DNA of 64,000 nt, taken from the NCBI GenBank assembly GCA_034522495.1, contig JAXHLG010000002.1, positions 401,541 to 465,540 of the forward strand, given 5' to 3'. Origin of the DNA: Candidatus Moraniibacteriota bacterium. Lineage in GTDB: Bacteria > Patescibacteriota > Minisyncoccia > Moranbacterales > DUUL01. The notes under the pieces are model-generated. The model was not told the DNA's origin, ran no database searches, and saw only the letters and a list, made by a program, of their open reading frames with translations. A program made the translations under genes and the position numbers. Shown here piece after piece: positions 32,763-41,602 of this stretch. Position 1 is the stretch's first letter, and each line of letters begins with the position of its first letter.

Positions 32763-34889
32763 ATGAAAAAAATAGTAAATTTTGCGAATTGGTCGCTGGG
32801 AGTAGCTTTGCTTGGCATGTTCGGAGGTTTGATCCTTCAAAAAGTTGAGGCATGGAGTGAGCCGCCTGATAGTCCACCCAATTCAAATGTTGGAGCGCCT
32901 CTTAATACCGGAGAGCAAGGACAAATGAAACAAGCCAAGTTGATTTTGAACATGCCGGCTGATGATGGCAGTGTCCAAACAAGCGGCTTGCTTGTTCCTT
33001 ACGGGAAAGTAGGATTAGGAACATTGTTTCCGGAGTCCAAGTTGCACATAGAAGAAAGCCTTACAACTGATACCTCTGGATACGGGGATGTCACTATGGA
33101 CGCTACCATTAGAACCGGAGCTGTTAATTATGATGGCGGTTATGGTGACTGGCCGGCCGGATTTTCTGTAAAGGTCAATGATGTCGACACTAATCTTCCC
33201 GGCGGCAGTGCAGGAATAGAGGTTTATAGCGGTATTGACGGTGTTTCCAGAGCTACTATGTTAGTTAATGCAGACTGGCAGGGAAAGACAGGAAAGCCAA
33301 CCTGGGGCGCGCTCTTGGGAGTGGTTCAAGATAGAATCAACACTCGCGGATTTGCATCTTGGATTGAAGATGGTTTGGATAACAAAGTAGATGGAAGCCA
33401 TGCTTATCTAAGCAACAGGGATAGTGACGGAAAGCTATTTTCAGGAAAGTTCGAAGGAGACGTTTATGTAAGAGATGATTTAGGTGTCGGAACAAGAGAT
33501 CCCAATGAAAAGTTGGATGTAAGAGGCAACATTGTTGCTAGCGGAACCATTTGCGATACCAATGGATGTATTGGAGATGGAGGAGGATCTTCTTTGTGGA
33601 ATCAAAACGGGAGTGATATTTATTATAATGGGGGTAACGTTGGCATTGGCAGAAACAATCCGCAGGATGAACTCGATGTTAATGGAGATCTATTGTTAAG
33701 CAAAGAAGATATTTATGCGGATACTTTTAGTTTCGGCAATGCAGCTAAAGTCTATACGGGAAGAAATGACGGATATTTGCTTCTTGCGGGGGGTAATGCC
33801 CAAGGGGACACAACAAATGGATCCGTCTTGGCGTTAACCGGGAAAAATATAAGCGATAGCTTTAGCGGTGTTCAGCCAAGGGATGACGGGGTAATAGCAG
33901 CTGGGATAAAAGGAAACTCTAACGGTTTTTACGTTTATGATTACAATACTTTTCAATGGCGTTTTAGCGTAAACGCCGAAAGAACATATGTTCATGATAA
34001 CCTTGGTGTCGGAACTGAAAATCCGCTGGGTAAGCTCCACGTAGAGGAGGAGAAGGTAACTAACGTAGCTGGAACGGATTATACTATGGATGCCACTATT
34101 CGGACCGGAGCGGTTAATTATACGGGCTATGGAGATTATCCCGCCGGCTTGTCGGTCAAAGTCAATAGTATTAGCAATGATGTGCCTGGAGGGACTGCTG
34201 GAGTAGAAGTTTACAGCGGTAAAGATAATGTTTCAAGGGCTACATTGCTGGTAAATGGGGATTGGGACAACAACGGAAGAGATACCTGGGGAGCTATTTT
34301 GGGAGTAGTGAAAGATGGAAATAATGTTAGAGGCTTGAATACTTGGATAGAGAGTGATTTAGGTGGCAGCAGCAAGTCCGGTGACGCTAAATTAAGTTAT
34401 AAGGATCCAAGCGGAAACCTTTATTCGGCATACTTTAGTGATTATGTATATGTAAACGACGATTTAAGGGTGAATGGGACGGTGCACCATAAAGGATTAA
34501 ATAATTACTCGGATATGAGGTTGAAGCAATCTGTAAATTCAATAGAGGGGTCTTCGTTGGAAAAACTGACCAAGCTTAGAGGAGTTTCTTTTGAATGGAA
34601 AGATAATCCGGGAGAAAAAGAAATTGGATTGATCGCTCAAGAAGTAGAAAAAATATACCCGGAATTAGTTGAGGAGGACAGAGAAGGAATGAAGGGAGTA
34701 CAATATTCTGCATTGGTAGCTCCAATTATAGAGGCTGTTAAAGAGCTAAAAGAAAGCTTTAGCGAAGTTAAAGACAAAATAGCAATTATCTTTGAAAGAC
34801 AAGATCGCCAAGCAGACTTATTAGAGCAACAAAATGAGCGGATTAAAGAGCTGGAAAGCAAAATAGAGGAATTGAAAAAAGCAGAATAA
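32763..34889 (+). CDS. Secreted tail-fibre-like protein with a C-terminal Peptidase_S74 intramolecular chaperone domain
   Basis: Signal/anchor WSLGVALLGMFGGLILQKVEA. Internal duplication of about 165 aa. C-terminus from 34509: SDMRLKQSVNSIEG..LRGVSFEWKD..EIGLIAQEVEKIYPELV..VQYSALVAPIIEAVKEL plus a coiled coil. Confidence 0.8.
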   Translation: MKKIVNFANWSLGVALLGMFGGLILQKVEAWSEPPDSPPNSNVGAPLNTGEQGQMKQAKLILNMPADDGSVQTSGLLVPYGKVGLGTLFPESKLHIEESLTTDTSGYGDVTMDATIRTGAVNYDGGYGDWPAGFSVKVNDVDTNLPGGSAGIEVYSGIDGVSRATMLVNADWQGKTGKPTWGALLGVVQDRINTRGFASWIEDGLDNKVDGSHAYLSNRDSDGKLFSGKFEGDVYVRDDLGVGTRDPNEKLDVRGNIVASGTICDTNGCIGDGGGSSLWNQNGSDIYYNGGNVGIGRNNPQDELDVNGDLLLSKEDIYADTFSFGNAAKVYTGRNDGYLLLAGGNAQGDTTNGSVLALTGKNISDSFSGVQPRDDGVIAAGIKGNSNGFYVYDYNTFQWRFSVNAERTYVHDNLGVGTENPLGKLHVEEEKVTNVAGTDYTMDATIRTGAVNYTGYGDYPAGLSVKVNSISNDVPGGTAGVEVYSGKDNVSRATLLVNGDWDNNGRDTWGAILGVVKDGNNVRGLNTWIESDLGGSSKSGDAKLSYKDPSGNLYSAYFSDYVYVNDDLRVNGTVHHKGLNNYSDMRLKQSVNSIEGSSLEKLTKLRGVSFEWKDNPGEKEIGLIAQEVEKIYPELVEEDREGMKGVQYSALVAPIIEAVKELKESFSEVKDKIAIIFERQDRQADLLEQQNERIKELESKIEELKKAE

Positions 34890-34908
34890 ATAAATCTTAA
34901 AGAAATTT

Positions 34909-35244
34909 ATGAAAAATGTAGTTTTAATTTTAATTGTTATCTTTGTTGTTGCTAGTGGATATTTTGGGTGGATGATTTACAAGGGGGACTCTAATGATAA
35001 AGAGGTGTCAGACAAAAATGTTTCTTCACCTAAAGAATCCCAAAAAGACAACCTTGATTCAACAAGCAATAACACCCAAATAAATACTAAACCGAGCAAT
35101 GGAGAAGATGATCCTGTAGGCACAAAAGATGCTGAATCTAGAACTTTGCCCGGTGGAGCGAACCGTGACACAACAACTGAAGTTGAAAGTAAAGAGGAAA
35201 GTGAAACGTCGAAGCCTTTTCCAAGGGTTCCGCAGGATGGTTAA
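34909..35244 (+). CDS. Small N-terminally membrane-anchored protein, paralog family member 3 (more distant)
   Basis: MKNVVLILIVIFVVASGYFGWMIYKG followed by a low-complexity S/T/D/E-rich tail. Confidence 0.55.
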   Translation: MKNVVLILIVIFVVASGYFGWMIYKGDSNDKEVSDKNVSSPKESQKDNLDSTSNNTQINTKPSNGEDDPVGTKDAESRTLPGGANRDTTTEVESKEESETSKPFPRVPQDG

Positions 35245-35311
35245 TGATTTAGAATAATAAAGATTGCAAAATTTTGTGGAAAAAGTGTGGATAAGTGAAT
35301 AGAGATTTTGG

Positions 35312-35339
35312 AAAAATGGCCTAAAAAGGCCATTTTTTT
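35312..35339 (+). terminator. Intrinsic terminator closing the surface island
   Basis: aaaaatggcc-taaaaa-ggccattttt followed by ttg. Confidence 0.7.
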
Positions 35340-35364
35340 GTGGCTTGAAAATGAATGAAAATGT

Positions 35365-35415
35365 TTGACAAGGGTAACATTGTGGAATATAATGTAATCA
35401 AGTGGTGAGAAGTGG
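35365..35415 (+). promoter_or_regulatory. mraZ/dcw promoter with candidate MraZ operator boxes
   Basis: TTGACA (35365-35370), 17-nt spacer, TATAAT (35388-35393). GTGG boxes at 35382, 35402 and 35412, spaced 20 and 10 nt. Confidence 0.5.
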
Positions 35416-35546
35416 GGAATTGCAAAGAATTTGAAATTTGAAATTTTTAATTTGAAATGCCCCGCAAAAACAGTTGCAAGAGGTTTAAAAATGTTTCTTA
35501 AAGGTTAATTCAAAATTGAAAATTTCGAATTAAAAATTGTTTTATT

Positions 35547-35981
35547 ATGTTCATCGGCGAGTATCAACATTCTATTGACGCGAAAAAGAGGCTGGCTATG
35601 CCTTCCAAGTTCAGGCGGAACTTTAAAAATAAAGCGGTGGTGACGAGGGGTTTGGACAATTGCTTGTTTGTTTACCCGATGAAAGAGTGGGAAAAGATTG
35701 CGGAGAAACTTGGCAATATGCCGGTGGGGGAAAGCGCCACCAGAAGCTTTGTCAGGCTTATGCTTGCCGGAGCGGTGGATGTGGAGCTGGATTCTCAGGG
35801 AAGGGTTTTGGTTCCGGATTATTTGAAAAAATACGCCGGCCTGAACAAAGAAGTGGTTATCGCCGGTTTGTATAATCGGTTGGAAATTTGGGACAAGAAG
35901 AACTGGGAAAAATACAAAGAAAGCGCCGAAAAGAATCAGGACAAAATTGCGGAGGAATTGGGAAAGCTGGGAATATATTGA
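35547..35981 (+). CDS. mraZ: Transcriptional regulator MraZ
   Basis: MFIGEYQHSIDAKKRLAMPSKFR..., a second DxxGR repeat (ELDSQGRVLVPDYL), position upstream of rsmH. Confidence 0.95.
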   Translation: MFIGEYQHSIDAKKRLAMPSKFRRNFKNKAVVTRGLDNCLFVYPMKEWEKIAEKLGNMPVGESATRSFVRLMLAGAVDVELDSQGRVLVPDYLKKYAGLNKEVVIAGLYNRLEIWDKKNWEKYKESAEKNQDKIAEELGKLGIY

Positions 35982-35983
35982 TT

Positions 35984-36009
35984 CATTTAAACATATAAGC
36001 ATTTAAACA
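35984..36009. repeat. Short 8-mer tract (CATNTAAA)
   Basis: catttaaacatataagcatttaaaca. Confidence 0.6.
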
Positions 36010-36092
36010 AGATTTTCTACAAAGTTCATAAAGTTATCGAGATTCTTAACATTGGACGCTAATTACCAATTACCAATCACAATTATAAAAAT

Positions 36093-37154
36093 ATGCATAT
36101 TCCGGTTTTGTTGGGGGAGGCGGTTGAAAAATTAAATTTAAAAAAAGGGGATGCGGTTGTGGACGCCACTCTGGGGGGAGGCGGGCACAGCCGGGAAATA
36201 ATGAATAAAATTGGCAAAAATGGTATATTAGTTGCCTTTGACCTGGATTCAGAAGCTGTCTCTGAATTTGAAAAATCTCTGAAAAAACAAAAAAAGGAGC
36301 CGGAAGTTTTTTTGAAAATTGAAAATTTTGCCAAAATCGACGAAGTTCTTGAATCGGAAAATTTGAGCAAAGTTGATGCGATTCTTGCTGACTTGGGCTG
36401 GCGGTCCGATCAAATGGAGAATGAGAATTATGGAATGAGCTTTCAAAAGGACTCTCCTCTGGATATGCGACTAGCCCCGAACCATACGGTACTGGGCAAG
36501 GCTCAGAACCATGCGGATCGGGGCAAGGTCCAGAACCATGCGGTACGGGGCAACGCCCAGAACCATGCGGTACGGGGCAACGCCCAGAACCATGCGGTAC
36601 TGGGTAAAACAGGAGGGTTGACGGCTGGAGAAATTGTCAATACTTGGAAAGCTGAAGATTTAAAAAGATTGTTCAAGGAATATGGAGAAGAGAAATTTGC
36701 CGGAAGAGCGGCCAAGGCTATTGAAAAACAAAGAAAAATCAAGGAAATAGAGACAACGAAAGAGTTGTCTGAGGTAATTAAAAAAGCTATTGGCGGGCAT
36801 TACAAAACAGCTAAGATTCATCCGGCTACCCGAGTCTTCCAAGCTTTAAGAATTGCAGTTAATAATGAGTTGGAGAATTTGCGGGAATTTTTGGAAGCCA
36901 GTCTGAGGATACTCAAGCCGGGAGGGAGGATTGCAATTATCAGTTTCCACTCGCTGGAGGACAGGACGGTTAAAAAATTCTTTCGGGTAAATGCCGGGGG
37001 ATGTATTTGCCCAAAAGAATTTCCGGTGTGCGTTTGCGGCAAGAAGCCAAAGATTAAAATCATCACCAAAAAGCCGATTACTCCGACTGATGAAGAAATT
37101 AGACGGAACCCGAGGTCTCGGAGCGCCAAGATGCGCGTAGCGGAAAAATTATAA
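36093..37154 (+). CDS. rsmH: 16S rRNA (cytosine1402-N4)-methyltransferase RsmH with an in-frame repeat insertion
   Basis: HIPVLLGEAVEKL, DATLGGGGHS, DLGWRSDQ, PLDMRL, ISFHSLEDRTVKKFF, plus dcw context. Confidence 0.95.
   Translation: MHIPVLLGEAVEKLNLKKGDAVVDATLGGGGHSREIMNKIGKNGILVAFDLDSEAVSEFEKSLKKQKKEPEVFLKIENFAKIDEVLESENLSKVDAILADLGWRSDQMENENYGMSFQKDSPLDMRLAPNHTVLGKAQNHADRGKVQNHAVRGNAQNHAVRGNAQNHAVLGKTGGLTAGEIVNTWKAEDLKRLFKEYGEEKFAGRAAKAIEKQRKIKEIETTKELSEVIKKAIGGHYKTAKIHPATRVFQALRIAVNNELENLREFLEASLRILKPGGRIAIISFHSLEDRTVKKFFRVNAGGCICPKEFPVCVCGKKPKIKIITKKPITPTDEEIRRNPRSRSAKMRVAEKL
36479..36613 (+). repeat. In-frame tandem repeat, 27-bp unit x about 5, inside rsmH
   Basis: Units start at 36479, 36506, 36533, 36560, 36587 (gaaccatgcggtacggggcaacgccca). 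They encode QNHAVRGNA-type nonapeptides. Confidence 0.9.
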
Positions 37155-37545
37155 GAGAGGCATGAAACTATATTTAAACCTCTGGAATTTTTTTGGTTTG
37201 CGGTTTGGAGTGGCTGGTTTTGCAAAATAAATCCAAATGTCCCACCGCCCCGCGGGGTCCCGCTTTCATCAGGTAGATAAAAGTAGCGGGAAAAGCTCAA
37301 ATGACAATTCAAAGTCAAAATTTAAATGACCAATAAAATTTAATGGTGTAAATGTTGCGAGAAAAACACAAATTAAAAAAGTTGCAAGTTTGTTATTTGA
37401 GTTTTGTAATTTGGGAATTGTTTGTAATTTGTAATTTGTGTATTTCCGGACTTTGCTTTAAGAATGGGTTGCGTGACTAAATTATGTATATTATCAGTTG
37501 AATTATTGTAAGAATTAATATTGGGGGGGGGGTGTGTTAAATAAT

Positions 37546-37932
37546 ATGGCAAAATCATTGAATGTTAAAAACTCCGGCAATTATTGCCAAAGGAAAGAAA
37601 AAAACAAACCGGCCAGCGCCGGCAGGGCTGTTTGCGGTGTTTTGAATCCAAGATTTATTTCTTTTGCCCTGCTTTTTATGATTTGCTTATCCGGAATGGC
37701 GTATATTTTCCAAGTTAATAAAATAGCCACTATGGGCTATTTGGTTAACAAGAAACAGGAAAAACTGGACGAATTAAGGGAGGAGAAGAGGGGGCTGGAA
37801 ATCAAGATGGCCAGCTTGAAATCGGCTTATAGATTCAAAGATGAAGAAAATGTCTTTAAAAATAAAATGGTAAAGCCAGATAAGGTCGGCTATATTGAAG
37901 TGGACTCTGTTGAACCGGTAGCTATGAAGTAA
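37546..37932 (+). CDS. ftsL: FtsL-like cell division protein
   Basis: Single TM (FISFALLFMICLSGMAYIF) followed by a coiled-coil-like segment. Lies between rsmH and ftsI. I prefer the ATG at 37546 to the GTG at 37534. Confidence 0.6.
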   Translation: MAKSLNVKNSGNYCQRKEKNKPASAGRAVCGVLNPRFISFALLFMICLSGMAYIFQVNKIATMGYLVNKKQEKLDELREEKRGLEIKMASLKSAYRFKDEENVFKNKMVKPDKVGYIEVDSVEPVAMK

Positions 37933-37948
37933 AACTAAGGTCAATAAC

Positions 37949-39799
37949 ATGGTCAAAAATGCCAACAAAAGCGATGGCGGCGAAAATGTTTTTAGATGGC
38001 GGATAAATCTACTCTCTTTACTGATTATTTTTTTAGGGGGAGTAGTTTTTTTTAGGCTTTATTCCCTCCAGATTCAAGCCCATGACAGTTATAAAGAAAA
38101 AGCCCGGGATCAGTACATGGTAAGCCGGAATTTGGAGCCTAGAAGAGGGGAGATTTTTCTCGCAGAGCAGGAGAATCTATTTCCGGCGGCGGTAAATAAG
38201 AATATGCCGACGGCTTTTGCCATACCCAAAATAATTCAAGACGGGGAAAAGCGGGAAGTTGCCAGATTGGTGGCGGATAAGCTCGAATTGGATTTAGAGG
38301 AAGTGGAGAAGAAAATTTCCAAAAAGGATGATTTATATGAACCTCTAAAAAAAAGGCTTTCCGAAGAAGATATTAAAAAAGTTAAAGATATAGGCCACGA
38401 AGGCATAAAATTAAGAGAAGAAAGCTGGCGTTATTATCCCGGAGGCAGCCTGGCGGCTCAATCCGTTGGGTTTGTCGGCTACAATGATCACAAAAGAGAG
38501 GGCATTTATGGCTTAGAGAAATATTATCAAAAGAAATTAGAAGGTTCGCCGGGATATCTTCATCAAGAAAGAGATGCGGCCAATCGCTGGATGTCCGTGG
38601 GGGAAAGGCTTTTCAAACCCGCGCAAGATGGAAATGATTTGATTTTGGGGCTGGATCATATTGTCCAGCACAAAGCGGAAGAAGCGCTAGAAAACGCTAT
38701 GAAAAAACATGACGCGGATAGCGGAAAAATAGCAATCATGGACCCCTACTCCGGAGAAATTTTGGCTATGGCTCAATATCCCGTTTTCGATTTAAATAAT
38801 TATTCCGAAGTTGAAGATATTTCTGTTTTTAAAAACGCTTTAGTTTCAGATGCTTACGAATGCGGGTCTGTTTTTAAGGCGATTACTATGGCCGCGGCGC
38901 TTGATGACGGAGCGATTGAATATGATGAAACGTACGTCGATACCGGCCAGGTCGAAGAAGGGGGGTATGTGATCAAAAACTCCCAGGAAAAAGTTCACGG
39001 AAAGCAGACTATGAAAGAAGTGATCGAGAAATCAATTAATACGGGAATGATCTACGTGGAAAAAAAGCTGGGCAATAAGAAATTTTATGACTATATAAAG
39101 AAATTCGGCTTTGGCGAAAAAACCGGCATAGACCTGCCAAGCGAAGCCAAGGGCGACCTTTCCAATCTGGACACCAATAGAGACATCGAATATTTCACCG
39201 CTTCTTTCGGACAGGGGATCACGGTAACGCCCATCCAGCTGGTTAGCGCTTACGCGGCGATTGCCAATGGCGGAGAATTGTTCCAGCCCCGGCTGGTGGA
39301 TTATATTTTGGCGTCTTCGGGAAAAAAAGAGGAGCTAAGAAACGAGGTCAGGAGCAAAGTTATATCTCAAGACGCGGCTAACAAAATCAGCTTAATGCTG
39401 GAGAGCAATGTGGATAATGGCCATGGCAAGCCGGCCGCTGTCCCCGGTTACAGGGTGGCGGGAAAGACCGGAACCGCGCAGATAGCTGATAAAGAAAAAG
39501 GCGGTTACTTGGAAGATGCTACCGTGGGATCTTTTGCGGGGTTTGCGCCGGTGGACAACCCCAAGTTTGCAATGCTAGTTGTGGTGGAAAATCCCAAGGA
39601 TGTGGAATGGGCCGAAAACACTGCCGCGCCCATCTTCGGCGAATTGTCCAAGTTCTTGTTTGACTATTACGGCATAGAGCCGAGCAGGGATTTTACCCAA
39701 GAAGAGCTAGACAAATTCGACAAAACCCATAATTATTTAAGAGGACCGAGCGAGGAGGAGAAAGAAGAAGAGGGGGAAGATAACTCTGAAGAAGATTAG
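37949..39799 (+). CDS. ftsI: Class B penicillin-binding protein (FtsI-type transpeptidase)
   Basis: N-terminal TM, SxxK (GSVFK), SxN (SINT), KTGT motifs. Acidic C-terminal tail. Confidence 0.9.
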   Translation: MVKNANKSDGGENVFRWRINLLSLLIIFLGGVVFFRLYSLQIQAHDSYKEKARDQYMVSRNLEPRRGEIFLAEQENLFPAAVNKNMPTAFAIPKIIQDGEKREVARLVADKLELDLEEVEKKISKKDDLYEPLKKRLSEEDIKKVKDIGHEGIKLREESWRYYPGGSLAAQSVGFVGYNDHKREGIYGLEKYYQKKLEGSPGYLHQERDAANRWMSVGERLFKPAQDGNDLILGLDHIVQHKAEEALENAMKKHDADSGKIAIMDPYSGEILAMAQYPVFDLNNYSEVEDISVFKNALVSDAYECGSVFKAITMAAALDDGAIEYDETYVDTGQVEEGGYVIKNSQEKVHGKQTMKEVIEKSINTGMIYVEKKLGNKKFYDYIKKFGFGEKTGIDLPSEAKGDLSNLDTNRDIEYFTASFGQGITVTPIQLVSAYAAIANGGELFQPRLVDYILASSGKKEELRNEVRSKVISQDAANKISLMLESNVDNGHGKPAAVPGYRVAGKTGTAQIADKEKGGYLEDATVGSFAGFAPVDNPKFAMLVVVENPKDVEWAENTAAPIFGELSKFLFDYYGIEPSRDFTQEELDKFDKTHNYLRGPSEEEKEEEGEDNSEED

Positions 39800-39819
39800 G
39801 AGAAAAAGAATTATTTAAT

Positions 39820-39970
39820 TCCATTGTTTCATTGTTTCATTGTTCCATTGTTGAATTGTTATGTTACACAAGAAAACACTATTTCTCTTTTATGCTTTAA
39901 AGGTTAAATAAATCAATGATTTATATGTATGTAGCATAACAATGAAGCAATTGAGCAATGGAACAATGAA
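39820..39970. mobile_element. MITE-like element, family A-related, copy A4 (between ftsI and murF)
   Basis: tccattgtttcattgtttcattgttccattgttgaattgtt...cataacaatgaagcaattgagcaatggaacaatgaag. Confidence 0.6.
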
Positions 39971-40046
39971 GATAAACTATTCAACCGTAATTAGTGACAA
40001 GTGGCTGAACTATCGCTTATAATTAATGTTTTAACGAAAACACCTT

Positions 40047-41315
40047 ATGAAAAAAAGAATTTTGGAGAAAATGCTGAGGATGATGGCCGGGAGGGTGCTT
40101 AAGAAATATAAGCCGGAAGTTATTGCTATTACCGGGAGCGTGGGGAAAACTACGACCAAAGAGATGGCCGGCAGGATGCTTTCGGATTACAAAAACGTAA
40201 GATTCAGCAAAAAAAACTATAACAACGAAGTCGGAGTCCCGCTGGGAATTATTGGAGTCAATATCGAGCCGGAAAGGTCAAAACTGATTCAATACGGCAA
40301 AGTTTTTCTTGTTTGGGCGGCGCTGGCTTTGTTTAAAAGCAAAAACTATCCGGAGGTGATTGTTTTGGAATTCGGGGCGGATCATCCGGGAGATATTAAA
40401 TATTTATGTGATTTTGTGCCTGTTTCGGTTGGTATTCTCACCGATATCGGCATTTCCCATCTGGAGAATTTCGACTCCAAGGATGCCATTGCAAGAGAAA
40501 AAGGAACTTTGCTAAGAAGCTTGTCTTCGGGCGCATTGGCAGTTTATAATATTGATAATGAGCGAGTTAAAGAAGTCGGAGAGAAGGTAAGCGCCAACTC
40601 TTTAAGCTATGGATTCAGCCGGGATGCTAAGCTGAAAGCATCCGATTTTTATTATGATTACAGGGAAAGCGAGGCCGGAAATGCAAAAATTTTAGACGGA
40701 GTTGGGTTTAAACTCGCTTACCAAGGCAAATTGATGCCTATGAAGCTGAACCATTGCATCGGAAAGGGAAGCGTTTACGCGGCTCTGGCCGCGCTTGGCG
40801 CGGGAATTTATTTTGATTTGAACATGGTGGAAATGGCTCGGTCATTGAAAAAAGCCAGACCCGCGCCGGGGAGAATGAATCTTCTGAGGGGAATAAAAAA
40901 AACCAATATCATTGATGACACCTACAACAGCGCGCCGTCCAGCTTAAAAGTTGCCCTGGAAACCATGCAAGACTTAAAAGCCAAGAGAAAAATCTTGGCG
41001 CTGGGAGACATGCTGGAGCTTGGCGAAGAAGAAGAGAATGCGCACAAGCAAGCTCTGCGCGATGCCTTGGAAATAAACCCGGAAGCGGTGCTCTTGGCGG
41101 GAAAAAGATTCAAGAAGGCGGCAGATAGCTTGAAGAAAGAACAAAAAGAAAGGGTAGAGTGTTTCAATAATTCTATTGAAGCCGGCAATTATTTGCAGAA
41201 ATTTATGGAGCCGGGCGATTTGATTTTAGTAAAAGGATCCAGGGGAATGGAAATGGAGAAGGCGGTTAAAGAGGTAATGAGGCATCCGGAGAGAGCGGAA
41301 GAATTGTTGGTTTGA
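40047..41315 (+). CDS. murF: UDP-N-acetylmuramoyl-tripeptide--D-alanyl-D-alanine ligase
   Basis: Mur ligase P-loop ITGSVGKTTTKEM, DTYNSAPSS, and a C-terminal LVKGSRGMEMEK motif. Confidence 0.85.
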   Translation: MKKRILEKMLRMMAGRVLKKYKPEVIAITGSVGKTTTKEMAGRMLSDYKNVRFSKKNYNNEVGVPLGIIGVNIEPERSKLIQYGKVFLVWAALALFKSKNYPEVIVLEFGADHPGDIKYLCDFVPVSVGILTDIGISHLENFDSKDAIAREKGTLLRSLSSGALAVYNIDNERVKEVGEKVSANSLSYGFSRDAKLKASDFYYDYRESEAGNAKILDGVGFKLAYQGKLMPMKLNHCIGKGSVYAALAALGAGIYFDLNMVEMARSLKKARPAPGRMNLLRGIKKTNIIDDTYNSAPSSLKVALETMQDLKAKRKILALGDMLELGEEEENAHKQALRDALEINPEAVLLAGKRFKKAADSLKKEQKERVECFNNSIEAGNYLQKFMEPGDLILVKGSRGMEMEKAVKEVMRHPERAEELLV

Positions 41316-41344
41316 TATTATATTTCAACCCAAGGGGCGCTTCG

Positions 41345-41465
41345 CATTTCATTGTTTAATTGAAATAGGAATTACACGCTTTGCTCTCGGCATTGCCGGA
41401 GAGTAATCGCGTAATTCTATTAAAGATTATTTCATTGTTTCATTGCTCCATTGTTTAAAATGAAA
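41345..41465. repeat. Composite repeat: cattgtt-type arms around a short family-B outer-arm palindrome
   Basis: aggaattacacgctttgctctcggcattgccggagagtaatcgcgtaattct flanked by tttcattgtttaattgaaat and tttcattgtttcattgctccattgttt. Confidence 0.6.
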
Positions 41466-41602
41466 TGACCTGCAATTTTCCACTGGGTCGAAATTGGCAG
41501 AAATTTGTAGAAATTGAGAAATTTTTTTCCACCGCATTTGTGAGTCTCAATGGAAGCGGCTAACACAACGGCCGGTGATTAACGACCAACTTCAAGGCTT
41601 CT

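Noticed and set aside
32763-34889. The tail-fibre-like gene as evidence of a prophage
   Set aside because: No capsid, portal, terminase, tail tube, lysis or integrase genes flank it. The protein has its own signal/anchor sequence, and its neighbours are membrane-anchored cellular proteins.
36479-36613. The 27-bp repeats as a CRISPR array
   Set aside because: The units are contiguous with no spacers, lie in frame inside rsmH, and no cas genes are present. The 8-mer tracts and MITE arms also lack any repeat-spacer organisation.
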